Origin: Thermoanaerobaculia bacterium
Lineage (GTDB): Bacteria; Acidobacteriota; Thermoanaerobaculia; Gp7-AA8
DNA: 64,000 bases
Assembly (NCBI GenBank): GCA_035482045.1
Contig: DATHRD010000081.1
Location: 6,238 to 70,237, forward strand
Reading direction: 5' to 3'
Below are positions 59,513 through 64,000 of the stretch, one piece after another. Both the position numbers and the translations under genes were made by a program. The notes under the pieces are model-generated. The model worked only from the letters and a program-made list of their open reading frames with translations, ran no database searches and was not told the origin of the DNA. Each line of letters starts with the position of its first letter. The first letter of the stretch is position 1.

Positions 59513-60676
59513 TCACTGTCTCACCGCAACATTCATACCGCGCGCTTCTTCCCGAGCCCAACGGTCCCAGGCCAGCGCGTCGTCGACGGACGAGATCGGA
59601 GCGACGCGTCCGGCGTGTCGGTCGAGCACGCGCGACACGATGTCTACGATTGCCGTGAAAGGAAGTTCTCCGGCCAGGAATCGCTCCACGGCCACCTCGT
59701 TTGCGGCGTTCAGCACCGCCGGCATGGAGCCTCCGGCGCGGCAGGCAGCGTAGGCCAACTCAACGGCCGGGAAGCGCTGGGGATCGACGGCCGTGAATTC
59801 GAGTGTGCGGATCCGAGCCAGGTCGAGACGCGCGAACGGCGCGGCTACGCGCTCGGGATACAGCAGCGCGTACTGGATCGGGAACTTCATGTCGGTCGTG
59901 GAGAGCTGGGCGATGAACGAGCCGTCGACGTACTCCACCATCGAGTGAACGATGGATTGGGGGTGGATGAGGATGTCGATGGCGTCCGGCGGCATCCCGA
60001 AGAGATGGTGCGCCTCGATGACCTCAAGACCCTTGTTCATCATCGAGGCCGAGTCGATGGATATCTTGCTCCCCATCTTCCAGGTCGGGTGTGCCAGCGC
60101 ATCGGCGATGGTGATGTTCGCGAAGGTGTCGAGGTCGCGCCGGAGAAACGGTCCACCCGAGGCCGTGAGCACGATGCGCCTGACCTCGGCGTGTTCTCCA
60201 CAGCGGAGGGCCTGGTGTACGGCGTTGTGCTCGGAGTCGACCGGGAGGATCTCGCCGCCGTTCTCTGCGGCGGCGCGCGTCATCACATCTCCGGCGGCGA
60301 CCAGCACTTCCTTGTTGGCGATGCCGACCCGTTTGCCGGCTTTAAGCGCCGCGTAGACCGGTGGGATGCCGGCCGCCCCGACGATGGCGGCGATGACCGC
60401 GTCGGCCCCCGAGAGGGAAGCGACGGCGGAGGCTCCTTCCGCGCCACAGACGATCTCGACGCGTCGTTTGGTCCTCCCGCGCAGCGCCGCCACGTCATCA
60501 GGATTCCGGACCGAGACGATCTCCGGCGCGTAGCGCTCGATCTGCTGCGCAAGAAGATCGAGATTCCCGCCCGCCGCGAGGCCGGCCACGCGTAACGCAT
60601 CCGGGAACGCATCGACGACGTCGAGCGTCGAGCGTCCGACCGAGCCGGTAGAGCCGAGGATGGAGATTCTTCTCAT
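59513..60676 (-). CDS. dxr: 1-deoxy-D-xylulose 5-phosphate reductoisomerase
   Basis: ISILGSTGSVGRSTLDV NADPH-binding N-terminus, colinear Dxr; ATGA overlap with cdsA. Confidence 0.9.
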   Translation of the reverse strand: MRRISILGSTGSVGRSTLDVVDAFPDALRVAGLAAGGNLDLLAQQIERYAPEIVSVRNPDDVAALRGRTKRRVEIVCGAEGASAVASLSGADAVIAAIVGAAGIPPVYAALKAGKRVGIANKEVLVAAGDVMTRAAAENGGEILPVDSEHNAVHQALRCGEHAEVRRIVLTASGGPFLRRDLDTFANITIADALAHPTWKMGSKISIDSASMMNKGLEVIEAHHLFGMPPDAIDILIHPQSIVHSMVEYVDGSFIAQLSTTDMKFPIQYALLYPERVAAPFARLDLARIRTLEFTAVDPQRFPAVELAYAACRAGGSMPAVLNAANEVAVERFLAGELPFTAIVDIVSRVLDRHAGRVAPISSVDDALAWDRWAREEARGMNVAVRQ

Positions 60677-61482
60677 TGGAAGTTCCAGTCGTGCAGGATG
60701 AGGAACCAGTACGCATACAGGATCGGCGTCGTGTAGAAAACGGAATCAAATCGGTCGAGGAATCCTCCGTGACCGGGGAGAAGCGTTCCGGAGTCTTTCA
60801 CCTCCGCGGATCGCTTCCACATCGATTCGGCGAGATCGCCGATCACTCCCGCCAGCGGGAGGATCACGCCGGCGATGACGGCGTGGACCAGCGGAAAGCT
60901 CCTGAAGAACGTGAAATGGATGATGACGGCGGCGGCGACCGAGGAGACCACGCCGCCGATCAGTCCCTCCACGGTCTTCTTCGGGCTGATGCGAGATGAG
61001 AGCTTGTGGCGGCCGAGGGTGCGGCCGAAGTAGTAGGCGCCGGTGTCGCCGAACCAGACCACGAGCAGGAGGAAGAAGACCAGCTTCGGGCCGTCGGGGA
61101 AGTCGTCGTGGAGGCGGATCAGCGATCCACCCAGCATGCCCACATAGAGCGTCGCCAGGACGGCGATGGCACTGGACGGCAGCGCTTCCTCGAGGTTGCG
61201 ATGGGAGACGACATACCAGCCTGGAATCAACAGCAACGCCACAAAGACGCCAAGCTCGACGGAGATCGGCTTGAGGATGAACGCGGCGATGATGAAGAGC
61301 ATCACCCCGATGCAGAGTGGAATCGGAAGGTGGTAGCCCTTTCGCGTGCCGAGATCGAGGAACTCGTAGAGCGCCAGCGCCGCCACGATCGTCATGGCCC
61401 CGTCGAAGACATAGGGATGAGCCCAGCCGATCATCCAGATGGCGAAGGGAGCGGCGACGACTGCGGTGATCTCACGCTTCAT
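60673..61482 (-). CDS. cdsA: Phosphatidate cytidylyltransferase
   Basis: CTP_transf_1 signature (SPKKTVEG...GHGGFLDRFDS); trimmed to the ATG at 61482, since the ORF upstream runs into the hairpin repeat. Confidence 0.8.
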   Translation of the reverse strand: MKREITAVVAAPFAIWMIGWAHPYVFDGAMTIVAALALYEFLDLGTRKGYHLPIPLCIGVMLFIIAAFILKPISVELGVFVALLLIPGWYVVSHRNLEEALPSSAIAVLATLYVGMLGGSLIRLHDDFPDGPKLVFFLLLVVWFGDTGAYYFGRTLGRHKLSSRISPKKTVEGLIGGVVSSVAAAVIIHFTFFRSFPLVHAVIAGVILPLAGVIGDLAESMWKRSAEVKDSGTLLPGHGGFLDRFDSVFYTTPILYAYWFLILHDWNFQ

Positions 61483-61484
61483 TG

Positions 61485-61583
61485 TTGAAAGGATGAAGGT
61501 GGAAGGATGAAGGATGAAGGATGAAGTCAGAAGGCGAGGCGAAGGCATGCATCCTTCCGCCTTCCGCCTTCATCCTTCTGCTT

Positions 61584-61600
<17 letters not shown>
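61485..61600. repeat. GGATGAA-family hairpin; right arm overlaps the last codons of uppS
   Basis: ggatgaaggtggaaggatgaaggatgaaggatgaag ... cttccgccttccgccttcatccttc. Confidence 0.8.
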
Positions 61601-62399
<799 letters not shown>

Positions 62400-62424
62400 G
62401 TGAACCGAGGGATGTTATCGCAAG

Positions 62425-62573
62425 ACCGCGCGCCTGCGGCGGCGTTGTCTGCGGCGCTTTCGCGCCGCGTTGTCGGTTATCGGTTAGGGTAGGACAAATC
62501 TAACTGACAACCGACAACCGACAACGCGCGAAGAGCAGACAACGCGGCAGGCGCAGACAACGCCGCGAAACGC
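62425..62573. repeat. GTTGTCG-family hairpin (GTTGTC array ... GACAAC array)
   Basis: ggcgttgtctgcggcgctttcgcgccgcgttgtcggttatcgg ... ctgacaaccgacaaccgacaacgcgcgaagagcagacaacgcggcaggcgcagacaacgccgcg. Confidence 0.8.
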
Positions 62574-62574
62574 G

Positions 62575-63282
62575 CTAATACCCCACTTCCCACAGCATCA
62601 GTCCCTTCGCCGGCGCAGTCCAGCGCGCTTCGGTCCAGATCGCGTCCGGTTCCATCTTGCCGCGGCCGATCTCGATGAGGGAGCCGGCGATGCGGCGGAC
62701 CATGGAGCGGAGAAAGCCGTCCGCGGTCACGGAGATGGTGATGGCCGCCCCGTCGCGAGTGACATCGATCGAGGTGATCGTCCGCTCGGTCGAGCTGACC
62801 TCGGGGCCGGCAACGGTGAAGAGCGCAAAGTCATGCTGGCCCAGCAGCGCCTGCGCGGCGGTACGCATCCTGCCGGCGTCGAGCGGCTGAGGAACGTGCG
62901 CGTATGTCGGATCGGCGAAAACGTCGGCGATCTCGGCGTTCCAGATCTGATACACGTAGGTCTTCGACTTTGCGGCGAAGCGGCAGTGGAAATCGTCCGC
63001 GACCGTCTCGACGGCGGCAACGCGGATGTCGTGCGGCAACAGGTTGTTGAGACCCTGACGAAAGCCGCGGGGCTCGATGGCGAAGGGGATGTCAACGTGT
63101 GCGCGCTGCGCCCGCGCGTGGACGCCCGCGTCGGTCCGTCCGGCCCCTTCGATGCGGATCGGACCGCCGAACATCGTGGACAGGGCCTTTTCGACGACGT
63201 TCTGAATCCCGATCGCATTCGTCTGCGACTGCCAGCCGGCGTAGTTCGTGCCGAGGTACTGAAGCGTCAGGAGAACGCGCAC
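62575..63282 (-). CDS. truA: tRNA pseudouridine(38-40) synthase
   Basis: QYLGTNYAGWQ, GAGRTDAGVHA catalytic Asp motif. Confidence 0.85.
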   Translation of the reverse strand: MRVLLTLQYLGTNYAGWQSQTNAIGIQNVVEKALSTMFGGPIRIEGAGRTDAGVHARAQRAHVDIPFAIEPRGFRQGLNNLLPHDIRVAAVETVADDFHCRFAAKSKTYVYQIWNAEIADVFADPTYAHVPQPLDAGRMRTAAQALLGQHDFALFTVAGPEVSSTERTITSIDVTRDGAAITISVTADGFLRSMVRRIAGSLIEIGRGKMEPDAIWTEARWTAPAKGLMLWEVGY

Positions 63283-63291
63283 GGCAGGGGG

Positions 63292-63894
63292 CTATTTCGT
63301 GCTTTCCATATGCGAGATCGTCGCGCCGGCGAAGTGCCAGGCGTTGTCGCTCTTCTTGAGGTAGACGAGCGTCGCTTCCACGCGGACCGGCTTCGTGCGC
63401 GGGGGTGAGCCTCTCCCGCCCAAACCCGCGGACACGTCGTCCATGTCCTCGCCCATGATGTTGCACGCTGTCCGCGGCAGGAGCATCGATATCCCGTACT
63501 CGCGCCTGTCGGCGGCAGTCTGTTTCATGCTCCGGACGGTGAGCTCGAGAAAATCGGTCCGGGAAGCGAGCATGATGTTGTTGAGACCGGCTTTGTCGTC
63601 CTGCTCGACGATCTCATGCCTCATGATCAGATCATCCTTCATGAGCTCGATGAGCGCGGGATCCTGCGGAAGCGGGGGGAGCTGCGGCGCCGGCGGATTC
63701 CCCACCAGGGAGGCGTAGCGGCAAAGCGCCGTTTTGTCTGCGCCGGTTGAGGAGCGGAATGTCACGTGCGTGGCATTCCCGGATGTCTCCGCTCTGACGT
63801 CGAGACCTTCCGCCTTGAGGATGCCTTTTTCCGGCTCGGACCACTGCATCGAAGCGCCGGCCGCGATCAGCAACCGGGGCAGCCGTTCGATCAC
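63292..63894 (-). CDS. Hypothetical protein
   Basis: ORF only; no recognisable motifs. Confidence 0.3.
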   Translation of the reverse strand: MIERLPRLLIAAGASMQWSEPEKGILKAEGLDVRAETSGNATHVTFRSSTGADKTALCRYASLVGNPPAPQLPPLPQDPALIELMKDDLIMRHEIVEQDDKAGLNNIMLASRTDFLELTVRSMKQTAADRREYGISMLLPRTACNIMGEDMDDVSAGLGGRGSPPRTKPVRVEATLVYLKKSDNAWHFAGATISHMESTK

Positions 63895-64000
63895 CGCCTT
63901 AGGAGCCAGGGTTGTCAGGACGAAGGTTTCCGATGACTTGCCATCGGAATGGTAGTTGCTCGCGCACTCGGGCTCATCCCCGAAGAGAGCGGCGGCGATG

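Overview
This is a high-GC (about 67%) bacterial chromosomal segment with dense, operon-style packing, no transposases or integrases, and no CRISPR array. Most of it is housekeeping and envelope genes. These include rnc, an EnvC-like M23 peptidase, ctpA, a PAS/GAF histidine kinase, two aminotransferases, rel (RelA/SpoT), a Ser/Thr kinase, metG, pilT, an S8 protease, serS, a large zinc metalloprotease, ftsK, a sigma-54 activator, a complete tolQ-tolR-tolA-tolB-pal-cpoB cluster, rpsT, tdh, pfk, rseP, dxr-cdsA, uppS and truA. Two things stand out. (1) A compact bacterial microcompartment (metabolosome) operon at about 19.6-25.2 kb encodes a fused RpiB-DeoC enzyme, an acylating aldehyde dehydrogenase with an N-terminal encapsulation peptide, one BMC-H, two BMC-T and three BMC-P shell proteins, and ends in a classical intrinsic terminator. 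From memory of published bioinformatic catalogs this matches the sugar-phosphate-utilising (SPU-like) class, which has no experimentally characterised member; the expected phosphotransacylase and alcohol dehydrogenase partners are absent from the locus. The operon is flanked by a secreted Kelch beta-propeller protein and by three consecutive stand-alone receiver-domain proteins. (2) About 20 intergenic palindromic hairpin elements, each built from tandem 6-11-mer arrays mirrored by their reverse-complement arrays, are scattered across the window. They fall into recurring families (GGGAGTC, TTGAATG, GTTGCGAG/GCGAGACC, GTTGTCG, GGATGAA and TAGTGGATCAG types) and sit at gene ends, in divergent promoter regions and even inside the microcompartment operon. 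Also notable are a 21-bp x ~9.5 tandem array with an internal near-palindrome, a palindromic operator upstream of an XRE/S24 repressor whose catalytic serine is replaced by lysine, and a frameshifted vapC. Coordinates of CDS starts were refined by eye from signal peptides and RBS and may be off by a few codons.
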